A DNA stretch of 64,000 bases, taken from the NCBI GenBank assembly GCA_965205015.1, contig OZ242029.1, forward strand, positions 288,001 to 352,000, given 5' to 3'. The notes beneath the pieces are model-generated. The model was not told where the DNA came from. It was given only the letters and a program-made list of their open reading frames with translations, and did no database searches. Positions 29,757 through 39,624 of the stretch are shown piece by piece. Origin of the DNA: Candidatus Poribacteria bacterium. GTDB lineage: Bacteria > Poribacteria > WGA-4E > WGA-3G. Position 1 is the first letter of the stretch. Every line of letters starts with the position of its first letter. The position numbers and the translations under genes are program-made.

Positions 29757-31109
29757 ATGGATATAAAAAATAAAGCGACACAAATAAATCTTTTCAGTCT
29801 AAAAACCGTTCAGATGCGCACCTTCCATACCACATGGTTTGCGTTCTTTCTCGCCTTTTTCGGGTGGTTCGGCATTGCACCGCTCATGGCGATTGTACGC
29901 GAAGATCTGATGCTAACAAAAGCACAAATTGGCAACACAATTATCGCCTCCGTCGCAATCACAGTTATCGTGCGAATCCTAATCGGACCGCTGTGTGACC
30001 GGATCGGTTCTCGAAAGGCGTACACATGGCTGCTGATTCTCGGTTCACTGCCCGTTATGGGTATCGGTTTCGCCCAAAATTATGAGACGTTTCTGCTATT
30101 CCGATTGGCAATCGGTGCCATTGGTGCCTCGTTTGTCATCACGCAGTACCATACATCGACAATGTTTGCCCCGAATTGTGTCGGTACAGCGAATGCAACA
30201 ACAGCAGGCTGGGGGAACCTCGGTGGCGGTGTCACGCAGATGATAATGCCTCTCATCTTTACGGCTGTTCTCAGTTTCGGTGTGGACAAATTCCTCGGAT
30301 GGCGGTTGGCAATGATTGTTCCTGGGATCGCCCTGTTTATCACCGGGTTCGCGTATTATTTCCTTACCCAAGACGCCCCCGATGGAAACTATAAGGAACT
30401 TCGTGACCGCGGGGACCTCGAACCGGCGAAAGGCAAAGGCATGGAGTCTTTCATGCTGGCGATCAAAGACTATCGCGTCTGGGCACTTTTTGTCATTTAC
30501 GCCGCCTGTTTCGGGGTAGAACTCACCATCAACAACGTCGCCGCCCTCTACTATCACGACCAATTCCAATTAGATGTCAAAACCGCTGGACTCATCGCAG
30601 GATTGTTCGGTCTGATGAATATCTTTGCGCGAACCGTCGGCGGCGCTTTTTCCGACTTCTTTGCGAAAAAGATGGGACTCCGCGGGCGTGTCATGTTCCT
30701 CTTCGTTGTCCTGTTCGGTGAAGGGATCATGCTGATGCTGTTCTCACAGATGGCAGTCCTTCTGCTCGCCGTTGGAACGATGATTGTGTTTAGTCTCTTT
30801 GTGCAGATGTCTGAAGGGGCAACTTATGGGATCGTCCCATTCATCAATCGAAAGGCGTTAGGAGCCGTCGCGGGTATTGTGGGTGCGGGTGGAAACGCCG
30901 GCGCCGTCGCCGCGGGTTTCCTGTTCCGCTCTGAGAGCATCACGATGCAGCAAGGTCTGTTATATCTCGGCATAATGGTCGCGGTCGCCTCGGTTGCCAC
31001 AGCGTTGGTAAGATTTTCACCCGCAGTCCAAGACGCAGAAAAGAAAGCATTTAATGCAGCACTCGCAGAAAGACAACGCCTGAAAGCGGAAGCAGGTGCG
31101 TTATCCTAA
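29757..31109 (+). CDS. narK: MFS nitrate/nitrite transporter (NarK/NRT2)
   Basis: AGWGNLGGG nitrate signature, FARTVGG, GAGGNAG. Confidence 0.9.
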   Translation: MDIKNKATQINLFSLKTVQMRTFHTTWFAFFLAFFGWFGIAPLMAIVREDLMLTKAQIGNTIIASVAITVIVRILIGPLCDRIGSRKAYTWLLILGSLPVMGIGFAQNYETFLLFRLAIGAIGASFVITQYHTSTMFAPNCVGTANATTAGWGNLGGGVTQMIMPLIFTAVLSFGVDKFLGWRLAMIVPGIALFITGFAYYFLTQDAPDGNYKELRDRGDLEPAKGKGMESFMLAIKDYRVWALFVIYAACFGVELTINNVAALYYHDQFQLDVKTAGLIAGLFGLMNIFARTVGGAFSDFFAKKMGLRGRVMFLFVVLFGEGIMLMLFSQMAVLLLAVGTMIVFSLFVQMSEGATYGIVPFINRKALGAVAGIVGAGGNAGAVAAGFLFRSESITMQQGLLYLGIMVAVASVATALVRFSPAVQDAEKKAFNAALAERQRLKAEAGALS

Positions 31110-31261
31110 TCCTGAACTTTTACTGAACTCATTTGGACGATCCTCTGGGATTGCCCATTCATTACTTGAAAAAATTACCGTTTCATCACCTGTGTTCTTC
31201 AAACCAACCGAAACCCGACTTTGAAATCGGAAACAATCGGATCGGAAACCTAATAAAAAAA

Positions 31262-33388
31262 ATGGAAAATTCAACAGGAAAAGCGGTGTGTCCGTATTGC
31301 GGTGTCGGTTGTGTCATCCGCGCAACCGTCAGCGATAACAAAATTACGAAAATTTCAGCGGACGACGACACTGCTCCAAATTACGGAATGCTCTGTTCAA
31401 AAGGCGCACACCTCAAACAAGTCTTTCAAAACCACGACGGCAGACTGGCGTACCCTATGATTCGTGACCGCCGGAGTGAACCGCCACGTCAGGTCTCGTG
31501 GGATGAAGCCATCACCTTCACAGCAAATCGACTCCACGAAATCCAATTGGAACACGGCAAAGATTCTATTGCACTCTACGGCTCCGGGCAGTTGGACACA
31601 GAGGCTTCCTACGTTTTCAATAAATTGTTCAAAGGATTCCTCCGGACGAACAACGTAGATACGAACAGCCGACTCTGTATGTCTTCCGCAGTCGTCGGTT
31701 ATATGCAGTCGTTCGGTTCCGATGGACCGCCGACCTGTTACGACGACATTCAGCACGCCGAGGTCTTTCTGATTATCGGTGCGAATATGGCGGTAAATCA
31801 TCCCGTTCTCTTCCAGATGATTCGGAAGCGGCGAGCGATTGAACCGAATACACGGATTATTACCGTAGATCCCCGCCGCAGCAAGACAGCGGAATTCTCA
31901 GACATCCATGTACCCCTTGCCCCTGGCAGCGATGTCGCCTTCCTCCAACTCATCGCGAAACGTCTCCTTGCGATAGGACGGATTAATCAACGGTTCGTCC
32001 GAAGGAACACCGAAAATTTCAGTGCCTACGAAAACCATTTGGAAAGCTTAGACGAAGCTGAACTTCTCGCTATCTGTGATATTCACCCAGCACGTATCGA
32101 TGAGATCGTCGAATATCTTTCTAAACCGAGCCGCCTGCTCAGTTTTTACTGTCAAGGCACCAATCAAAGCACGAGCGGTGTTGACAAAAATGTCGCCCTC
32201 ATCAACCTTCATCTCCAATTAGGTGAAGTCGGCATAAGGGGTGCCGGTCCGTTCTCACTCACAGGGCAACCCAACGCGATGGGCGGTAGAGAGGTCGGCT
32301 ATCTATCACACCAGTTGCCCGGCTACCGCGTCGTCACGAACGATATGCACCGTGCGTATTTAGAGGGGTCATGGCGCGTTCCACCCGGCAGCATCGATCC
32401 GAACCCCGGTCTAACAGCAGTGCCGATGTTTGAGGCGGCGGCTGCGGGTAAAGTTCGCGCACTCTGGATCGCTTGTACGAACCCAGCCGTCAGCATGCCC
32501 GATACAAAGGTGTCGCAAGCAGGGCTCCGGCGTGCCGATTTGGTCATTGTGCAGGATTGTTATTACCCGACAGAGACATCGGAATACGCCGATGTCATAC
32601 TCCCTGCCGCACAGTGGGGTGAAAAGCAAGGCACCATGACGAATAGCGAGCGGCTTGTCGTCCGAAGTGAGCAGTTCCTCACACCGCCCGGTGAAGCGAA
32701 ACCGGATTGGTGGATATTCACGCAGGTCGCAAGAGCAATGGGGTTCAAGCGGAATTTCGACTTCTATACACCTGAAGAGGTATGGGATGAATATCGGCTC
32801 CTGACAGCAGGGACACCGTGCGATCAGATGGGAATGACGAACGAACGACTTGCGAAGACTTCACTCCGCTGGCCCTGTCCTTACCCACGGCACCCTGGGA
32901 CACCGCGTCGATACACGCGTAGAAAGTTTTTCACCGAATCCGAGAAGGCACAATTTCACACGCCTGTCCATCAGCCGCCCGACGAAAACACCGATGCGGA
33001 GTTCCCGCTCGGTTTAACGACAGGACGTATTGAGAGCCAGTGGCATACCCGGACCCGGACAGGCAAGGTGCCGCAGCTCGTGCGCAAAGACCCGGAGCCT
33101 TTTGTGGAAATCCATCCAGATGATGCCATAGAGAACGACGTGCAGGACGGTGAATGGGTGTATCTCGTTGGGCGACGCGGAAGGTGTTATGCGAAGGCAT
33201 GTGTCACAGAGACAATTCGGCGGGGCTTACTCTTTACGCCGTTCCATTGGGGCGACCTCTTCCACGCCGAGACCAACGCGAATTATGTGACGAACCCAGC
33301 ATTTGATCCCGTATCCAAACAACCGGAATTAAAATTCTGCGCCGTGCGGATTGAGACTGATGATTCGGACGGACGAACTACTGTTTAA
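31262..33388 (+). CDS. nasA: Assimilatory nitrate reductase catalytic subunit (Mo-bisPGD, NarB-like length)
   Basis: CPYCGVGC...C, GSGQ, NSRLCMSS, LTGQPNAMGGRE, QWHTRTRTG, DPVSKQPELK. Confidence 0.9.
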   Translation: MENSTGKAVCPYCGVGCVIRATVSDNKITKISADDDTAPNYGMLCSKGAHLKQVFQNHDGRLAYPMIRDRRSEPPRQVSWDEAITFTANRLHEIQLEHGKDSIALYGSGQLDTEASYVFNKLFKGFLRTNNVDTNSRLCMSSAVVGYMQSFGSDGPPTCYDDIQHAEVFLIIGANMAVNHPVLFQMIRKRRAIEPNTRIITVDPRRSKTAEFSDIHVPLAPGSDVAFLQLIAKRLLAIGRINQRFVRRNTENFSAYENHLESLDEAELLAICDIHPARIDEIVEYLSKPSRLLSFYCQGTNQSTSGVDKNVALINLHLQLGEVGIRGAGPFSLTGQPNAMGGREVGYLSHQLPGYRVVTNDMHRAYLEGSWRVPPGSIDPNPGLTAVPMFEAAAAGKVRALWIACTNPAVSMPDTKVSQAGLRRADLVIVQDCYYPTETSEYADVILPAAQWGEKQGTMTNSERLVVRSEQFLTPPGEAKPDWWIFTQVARAMGFKRNFDFYTPEEVWDEYRLLTAGTPCDQMGMTNERLAKTSLRWPCPYPRHPGTPRRYTRRKFFTESEKAQFHTPVHQPPDENTDAEFPLGLTTGRIESQWHTRTRTGKVPQLVRKDPEPFVEIHPDDAIENDVQDGEWVYLVGRRGRCYAKACVTETIRRGLLFTPFHWGDLFHAETNANYVTNPAFDPVSKQPELKFCAVRIETDDSDGRTTV

Positions 33389-33395
33389 GGGGTCC

Positions 33396-34994
33396 CTATT
33401 CAAGATTTTCCTGTGAAGGGCGTTCTTGCACCACAGGTATCACGTAACTCCGAATCGTCAATCCATTTATCATCTCTGCCTCTGTTCGCGGTTCCGGGGT
33501 CTCACGATGATCAAACACCACGTAGTAACCCTCGGTTACGCCCGCTGTTGCCAAATACGTCGCGAGTTGTCGCTTACCTTCGGCATAGTGCCGCTCGCTT
33601 CGCCATACTTTTGTTTCAACGATATATTTTTTTTCGTTGTGAAGAATGAGCAGATCCATCCTACCCCGACCTGTCGGAACTTCCATATACATCGCCCCAT
33701 TCACGCTGGTAACGAACTGATCAAGATAGGCAAACAGAAGGTGCTGTCCGATGAATTCTTGGGGCGTTTCAGGGACTTGCAGGATCCTGAACCCCGCGCG
33801 AGTAATAAAGTCTCGGAAGTTGTCCAAGAACCGCTCCATCTGAATCTGTCCAGTGGACGTGAGATACTGAAATCCATCGGTATCTTCAGGAAAATAGTCA
33901 CGCTCCAACCCGTTGACTATCGGCTTGAAGGTCTGTAGAGTGCAATATAGGTAAATCGGATTGGCAATCTTACACATCCTGTCAGCACCCCTCGCGAGTA
34001 TTCCGTACGTGGCGAGTTCATTAATAAGTTCATTACGGAGATTGAAGTGGACCCCTTCATCGTGCAACATGATTCGCATCAAAAGGCTTTCAGCGCGAGG
34101 GTTTCGGCGGATATTGGTTACCAAATGTGTTAGGTTGGTGTTATTTTCGTCCAAGAGTTGTATAAGTGCGTCCGAGAAATAGCGCATCGTCAGTGTTTCA
34201 GTTTTCGGAATGTCCATTTCTTCAGTAAGTATCTGTGCGAATCGGTTAACAAGGAAGGGTTGTCCACCTGTCTGTTTGTGAATGGATTCAATCACTTCTG
34301 AGGCGAAGGCTTGGCCGACCTCGGCTGTGTATTGCTCAAGTAATTCTCGGACCTGTTCAAACGTGAAATTGTTCAAAGCAAAATCGTCTTGGATATTAAA
34401 CGGAGAGACGGAATGGTCGTAGTTGAGTTGCGCGATGCTCTTGATCCCCACAATACCGAAGCTATGTGGACATCGAGGAGCGGTCCTGGATGTGTAGATG
34501 CGGCGGAGTGCGTACAGAAAATCGCTCACGACTGCCAGAGGAATACCATCAAACTCATCAATAAACATGACAACCCGCTGATTTTCTAACAGTCTCGCCA
34601 ATGTCCTGAAACCCCTGAGCATTGACATATTATCAGTCAGTGTTGTGTTCTCTAAAAAATCTCTTAGTGCCTCGGAGGGCACTTCTCCACGTTTGCGGTA
34701 AATATTCTCGATTTCCTCGCGAATATCTTCGGTGAGATTGCTGTAAAAATCGGAAGGGGTGAGGTTTTTATACGCCTCAAAATCTAAGTGGATAGGGATG
34801 TAGGTCGGTTCCTCGGCAGCAAGGATGTCCATAGCGGCGTAGAAGAAGGTCGTCTTGCCTGTCTGCCGCGGTGCGAAGATGACGATATAGCGTCCCTCTT
34901 TAACACGTTTGATGAACTCTGAGAGTTCCTCAGAACGGGAGACAACATAGTGCTGCTCAGGATTCACGGGTCCCTGTGTGCCAAACCTTTTCAT
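33396..34994 (-). CDS. AAA-like ATPase (AAA_35 type) with C-terminal PD-(D/E)XK-like domain
   Basis: APRQTGKTT, MFIDEFD, GRGRMDL...VETK. Confidence 0.75.
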   Translation of the reverse strand: MKRFGTQGPVNPEQHYVVSRSEELSEFIKRVKEGRYIVIFAPRQTGKTTFFYAAMDILAAEEPTYIPIHLDFEAYKNLTPSDFYSNLTEDIREEIENIYRKRGEVPSEALRDFLENTTLTDNMSMLRGFRTLARLLENQRVVMFIDEFDGIPLAVVSDFLYALRRIYTSRTAPRCPHSFGIVGIKSIAQLNYDHSVSPFNIQDDFALNNFTFEQVRELLEQYTAEVGQAFASEVIESIHKQTGGQPFLVNRFAQILTEEMDIPKTETLTMRYFSDALIQLLDENNTNLTHLVTNIRRNPRAESLLMRIMLHDEGVHFNLRNELINELATYGILARGADRMCKIANPIYLYCTLQTFKPIVNGLERDYFPEDTDGFQYLTSTGQIQMERFLDNFRDFITRAGFRILQVPETPQEFIGQHLLFAYLDQFVTSVNGAMYMEVPTGRGRMDLLILHNEKKYIVETKVWRSERHYAEGKRQLATYLATAGVTEGYYVVFDHRETPEPRTEAEMINGLTIRSYVIPVVQERPSQENLE

Positions 34995-35041
34995 TACAAT
35001 TTCCCGACTCGGTTAACATCATAATCGTTGTGATTGTTTTA

Positions 35042-35542
35042 TCATCTGCCAAATCTTGTAAGAATAGAGAGTACCAGGGACACAACCGCAATACCACAAG
35101 AAACAATAATACCACCGACCTTCCACCATTCATTTGTGTCAGTCTTTTGCTCGCGCATATTGGCAATGAAGGCATCAAACTTCGTCTCTAATCTTCCTAA
35201 CTGGCCTTTTAACTCGGAATCCAACAGATGTAGGTCGCCTTCAAGTTTTGTTTGGTGAACCTTCTGCTCAGCACTGTCTTTTCGGATATCCTTTACCTCG
35301 GTATCTATGCTTGTTATCCGAGTTTCTAATACCTCATGGCGTTCTTTCTGGCGCGCCTCTGATTCTATCATCCGGGTCTCTAATACCTCATGGCGTTCTT
35401 TCTGGCGCGCCTCTGATTCTATCATCCGGGTCTCTAATGCCTCATGACGTTCTTTCTGGCGCGCCTCTATTTCAGCATCGCGCGCGCTCTGATGCTCCGT
35501 CATATTTTCAAGTTTTTGAAGGATTGTTTCATTTAAATTCAT
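35042..35542 (-). CDS. Coiled-coil protein with three 18-aa tandem repeats and C-terminal TM anchor
   Basis: (EARQKERHE[A/V]LETRMIES)x3, 54-bp DNA repeats near 35315-35470. Confidence 0.65.
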   Translation of the reverse strand: MNLNETILQKLENMTEHQSARDAEIEARQKERHEALETRMIESEARQKERHEVLETRMIESEARQKERHEVLETRITSIDTEVKDIRKDSAEQKVHQTKLEGDLHLLDSELKGQLGRLETKFDAFIANMREQKTDTNEWWKVGGIIVSCGIAVVSLVLSILTRFGR

Positions 35543-35667
35543 GTTTACACCACTTGGAATAAAATTTTCTCGCCTCAAATATTATTAATCCAAGTTGCTA
35601 CGGACAAGATTTTAGGGATGCAGCTCCCGTTTTTCATAAAAGATCGTTCATTATCCATAGCGGTCTT

Positions 35668-35865
35668 GTAGCATAAACTTGCGAATGCGCGTGTGGCATT
35701 CGCAAAGACTTTGCGCACGCGTAGCACAATCTAAAAGATTATGCTACGAAGATGGCGACTTGCCTTATTGTAAAACCCAAAAACATGTGAACACAATAGG
35801 AACCGACACTTCGCCACCGCTGGCGAGGTGTTTTTGATAGGGTGTTTCCCTCCTAACCTCGCCAA
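35668..35865. repeat. Cluster of REP-like palindromes
   Basis: gtagcataaacttgcgaatgc...gcattcgcaaag; gtagcacaatctaaaagattatgctac; gctggcgagg...aacctcgcca. Confidence 0.6.
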
Positions 35866-36025
35866 CTCCTGGGTGCTCATTTAACTGTAAGCTTTACTAT
35901 AAAATAACGCAACAAGTAGATTTGGGATGCAGAAAAAACGGTTGTGTTTGTTGCGTTGAATGTTTGTGTGATGCACAAGACAAAGGGACGAATGTGAAAA
36001 ATCACCGCCCCTTTGTCTTGTATCG

Positions 36026-36211
36026 TTATTTGTCGTTAGATGCAGGTTTGGGTTCGGGTTCAGTTGCGGATTCAACAGGATTTACGACAGACAGCATTTT
36101 GTTAAGGTCGCCGCCATTTAACGCCCATTCAATCCATTCAGCATCTCTTTCAGCTTTACCTTCTTTCCTGTCTTCATCTTTCAATTCTTCGACCCTAAAT
36201 CTTGATCTCAT
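36026..36211 (-). CDS. Small hypothetical protein
   Basis: 61-aa ORF in AT-rich island, directly downstream of 36233-36754. Confidence 0.4.
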   Translation of the reverse strand: MRSRFRVEELKDEDRKEGKAERDAEWIEWALNGGDLNKMLSVVNPVESATEPEPKPASNDK

Positions 36212-36232
36212 GGATTCGTATACCTCTTTATA

Positions 36233-36754
36233 TCATTTAAATGGTTTGAGAAATGCACTAAGTCCACCTGCTATTGCCTTTAGGCTATCTTTTATTTCCT
36301 TTTTATCACTTGTAACCATCATTCGTGAGTATCTATCTATATTAAACGATCTTTTATATTTTTTACCATCAATACTTTTGTATTTTATGTCTACTTTGAT
36401 AACTTCTTCTCCGTTACGGATGCGAAATAAAAGCTTGTCGCCCAATGTTAAAATATCAAGATTTTTGCTAAACTTTCTATCTGAACGCTTATCGTTTTTA
36501 TAATATATCTTTTCTTTAATTTCTTTTGCTGGTTGAGTTCCAACATTTTCAATGCAGATATAATATGGTCTTGGGTAAGGTTTTTCTGCCCCTACCTTGT
36601 AAGGCAATTCACCATCTGCCCATTCTATATATGCTATAATCTGCGGCTCTCTATCATGTTTAAGTATTTTATTAGTCATCCAAAGATATACGATGTTTAA
36701 TATAATACTTGCAGGCAAACAAATTGCAATAATATATTCTTTTACTGATTCCAT
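36233..36754 (-). CDS. Hypothetical membrane-anchored protein (AT-rich, foreign)
   Basis: N-terminal TM helix, ENVG..PAKEI motif, low GC. Confidence 0.6.
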   Translation of the reverse strand: MESVKEYIIAICLPASIILNIVYLWMTNKILKHDREPQIIAYIEWADGELPYKVGAEKPYPRPYYICIENVGTQPAKEIKEKIYYKNDKRSDRKFSKNLDILTLGDKLLFRIRNGEEVIKVDIKYKSIDGKKYKRSFNIDRYSRMMVTSDKKEIKDSLKAIAGGLSAFLKPFK

Positions 36755-36811
36755 TTTTTAACCATCATTGTTTGAAGTGCCACCGTTTATTCAGACCACT
36801 TTTTCGCAAAT

Positions 36812-37676
36812 TTAATCCAAGTTTTGTTGCTCGAATTCCATAGGTGTCAAATACCCTAACGCCGAATGTGGGCGTTTCTGGTGATAGACGTGTTCGATAA
36901 AATGCCCGATGCGATCTCTCGCCTCGGTAATGCTTTGATACTCATTGAGGTGAACTTCTTCCTCTTTGAGGGTGCGAATGAGTCTTTCAGCATATCCGTT
37001 CTCCCAAGGCCGTCCTCGTTGAGCGACGGAAATCTCAACGCCATATTCTTGGAGTGTTGTGATATAAGTCTTTGAAAGATACTGCACGCCTTGATCAGAA
37101 TGATGAATCTCAGGGACGCTATGGCGTAATGCCTCTTCGAGCGGTTTGAGCGTCAGAGATTGACTCAAGTGTTGACTGAGCTGCCATGCTCTGGTCATCC
37201 GTGTGAAAACATCCATGAGCAGACAGACATAGATAAAACGCCCGTTGAGACGCACATAGGTAATATCTGCCACCCAGACTTGATCCTGATGAGAGACCTC
37301 AAGGGTTTCAAGCAGGTTGCTCCAAGGTTTCTCTCCCTGAAGCGATCTTGTTGTTTGACACGCACGCTTGATGGCGACCAACAGATTCATTTCTTTCATC
37401 AACCGAGCGACGCGGCGGGTGCCAACAGTGTATCCCTGACGCACGAGGAGCTGTGTGATACGCCTATAGCCGTATCTCGGATACCGTCCCGCAAGCTTCT
37501 CTATTTCAGCGCGTAGGACCGCTTCAGACGGATCCGCTCTCGGTTGATAATAGAAACTGCTGCGGTTAAAACCTAACGTTTCACAAATCTCTCACATGGC
37601 ATAATCGGTCCGGAGTGCCTCAACCATTTCTCGTTGCTCCATCAGTTTTGGTCTAACCAAGTCGCTGCTTTTTTTT
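36812..37676 (-). pseudogene. IS3 OrfB (rve/DDE integrase core) with premature TGA at 37592-37594
   Basis: WVADITY, HHSDQGVQY, ENGYAERLIRTLK; A8G slippery site at 37668-37676; -1 frame reads DYAM*EICETLG. Confidence 0.8.
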
Positions 37677-37932
37677 CGATGTCTAACGCCCCCGTCAATT
37701 TCCCAACGAGACGCTCAAGGTGGGCAATACGCTTCTCCGCTTCACTCGATGCCTTATCAGTAGAGTCAAACAGCGTGGGAGCTTTTTCAAGCAACTGTCG
37801 CTTCCACTGTGAGAGTTGATTTTCGTTGAGATTATGGCGTCGACACACTTCTGCTTGGGAACTTTCACCGCTAAGGACTTCGAAAACAAGTTCGGCCTTA
37901 AACTCAGGGGTGAATCCTCTTCGTTTCGCCAT
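37642..37932 (-). CDS. IS3 OrfA (HTH_Tnp_1)
   Basis: RRGFTPEFKAELV...LSQWKRQ...LERLVGKL. Confidence 0.9.
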   Translation of the reverse strand: MAKRRGFTPEFKAELVFEVLSGESSQAEVCRRHNLNENQLSQWKRQLLEKAPTLFDSTDKASSEAEKRIAHLERLVGKLTGALDIEKKAATWLDQN

Positions 37933-37979
37933 CGGAGACTCCTTTCAATGAGATTGTATTATATCACAATCTTCCTTTA

Positions 37980-39388
37980 CTAAAGTTTGGACAATATTGT
38001 AAGATTCAAGCTGCTTTGTCGAAAGGCAGCGTGGTATCGTGTTCAGATATAGGCTGAATATTCTGCGAGTTGGTCTTTTCTTGAGAACTCGCAGAATATT
38101 CCAACGCTCTGAACTGCGATTGTAAATAAGCGACCCGTAATCCTTGCGTCAGGTGCTTCGGATGATACCAATGAATACCGAGATGCTCGCAGACCTCTTT
38201 GACGCTGAGGCGATCCGTGCCGGGCGAAGACGGAAACTTCAAGAAGATCAACTTCGCCAGCGAAGCTGCCACGAAACTCAGTTGCACGAAGCGATTGATG
38301 CTTTTGCGGGACTTGACCTGATACGCATCGAAACCAAAATGCTGCTTCGCATCTCGAAAAGCGGTTTCGATGTGCCATCTTTGACGATAGTATTCAACGA
38401 TCTTGGGTATCTCAAGCGTCACGTCTGTTGTAAAGACACAGAAATACCGATACGGTTTCGAGCGTTTCGGGCGCCTGCGTATCACGACGAGTCGGACCTC
38501 TGTCGGACACATTTTCGTCCGCACGACCGCTGAGGCGACCTGATAGGTTTTCTCCATGACGGAAATGTCTTTATACCGTAAGCGGTGGATCTGTAGACGG
38601 TCTCCATATTTCTTCGGACGCCCCCGCTGGGGCTGTTTCGGACGTTGCGGTAAACGATAGAACACCGCAGTTGACCTCGCACGACACAAGATATGATGCC
38701 CGAGTCCTAAGAGCATTTCAAAGACCTTGCGACGGGCGAAACCACCATCAAAGATAATAAGACCCCGGGGGATCTTTGAACAGATACGCTTCAACACCGC
38801 ATCGCCTTTATCTCGAACCGTCTGAGGAAACCCGATGAGTTTCACCCAGACCGGAAACAGCAACCACTCGGTCGCTGTCTCGCAGAGTAAACCCAGGGCC
38901 CCAAACTCGTGTCCGAAATGAAACTTCGATTGATTCACGCGACGACTTTGATAACTGAAGTTGCGAAAAAAATGCAAACCCCATTGGGTTTTACCCGTCT
39001 TCGGCGCATGGGTTGTATCATAGACGTAAACCCACTGCTCAAAGAGACCTTGAATCCGTCTGATGAGAACGACAGCGACAGCATCGGCGTTCCATTTCCC
39101 CCGGGAAAGAAACTTCGGAAACGACCAATACCGCGTCTGGGATCCACTTGACTGATACAGGTCTGTCAGGCTGCCTCGAGACGGCTGAGCCATAAACCCA
39201 AAGAGAAACGCTTGGAAGAGTACGAAGTTTTGGGAGTTGAACAAATGTCGAAAATCCGATACAATACTTTCTAAGTGGAGAAGCAGGGGCATTTTTGCCT
39301 TCCTTTCAAAACATGGGTGTGTTTATGAAAGGATACCTGCTTTTCTGCTTTCAAACATCTTAATTTTTTAAAATTGTCCAAACTTTAG
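37980..39388 (-). mobile_element. Complete IS4/IS701-like insertion sequence
   Basis: Perfect 16-bp TIR CTAAAGTTTGGACAAT; 8-bp TSD TTCCTTTA. Confidence 0.9.
38006..39292 (-). CDS. DDE transposase (IS4/IS701 superfamily)
   Basis: YDTT, IFDGGF, YRQRWHIETAFRDAKQHFG (YREK motif). Confidence 0.9.
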   Translation of the reverse strand: MPLLLHLESIVSDFRHLFNSQNFVLFQAFLFGFMAQPSRGSLTDLYQSSGSQTRYWSFPKFLSRGKWNADAVAVVLIRRIQGLFEQWVYVYDTTHAPKTGKTQWGLHFFRNFSYQSRRVNQSKFHFGHEFGALGLLCETATEWLLFPVWVKLIGFPQTVRDKGDAVLKRICSKIPRGLIIFDGGFARRKVFEMLLGLGHHILCRARSTAVFYRLPQRPKQPQRGRPKKYGDRLQIHRLRYKDISVMEKTYQVASAVVRTKMCPTEVRLVVIRRRPKRSKPYRYFCVFTTDVTLEIPKIVEYYRQRWHIETAFRDAKQHFGFDAYQVKSRKSINRFVQLSFVAASLAKLIFLKFPSSPGTDRLSVKEVCEHLGIHWYHPKHLTQGLRVAYLQSQFRALEYSASSQEKTNSQNIQPISEHDTTLPFDKAA

Positions 39389-39624
39389 TTCCTTTAGGGA
39401 GTGGTCCAAAAAACCGTAGGCAGTACAGATAGTCGCTGGTCCGCGCTCATACTTCGGTTCTCTGCTGGAAGGTGCAGCAGAGACTATTTATGTGATGTTC
39501 TATGATGGCAGTGTTTATCGCTATGAAGCCAATAGGATAGGAGACGGAGCATTAGAGGTATGATCCGTCTCGGTGAAGCTAATGTCGGTTTGGTAAGATT
39601 CATTCATAACAACGCCAAGTATGA

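Larger units (their letters stand above)
36773..39427 (-). mobile_element. IS3-family element (defective) carrying a nested IS
   Basis: TG..CA ends with imperfect IRs (TGAAGTGCCACCGTTTATTCAGACCACT / AGTGGTCCAAAAAACCGTAGGCAGTACA); orfA/orfB; no TSD. Confidence 0.8.
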
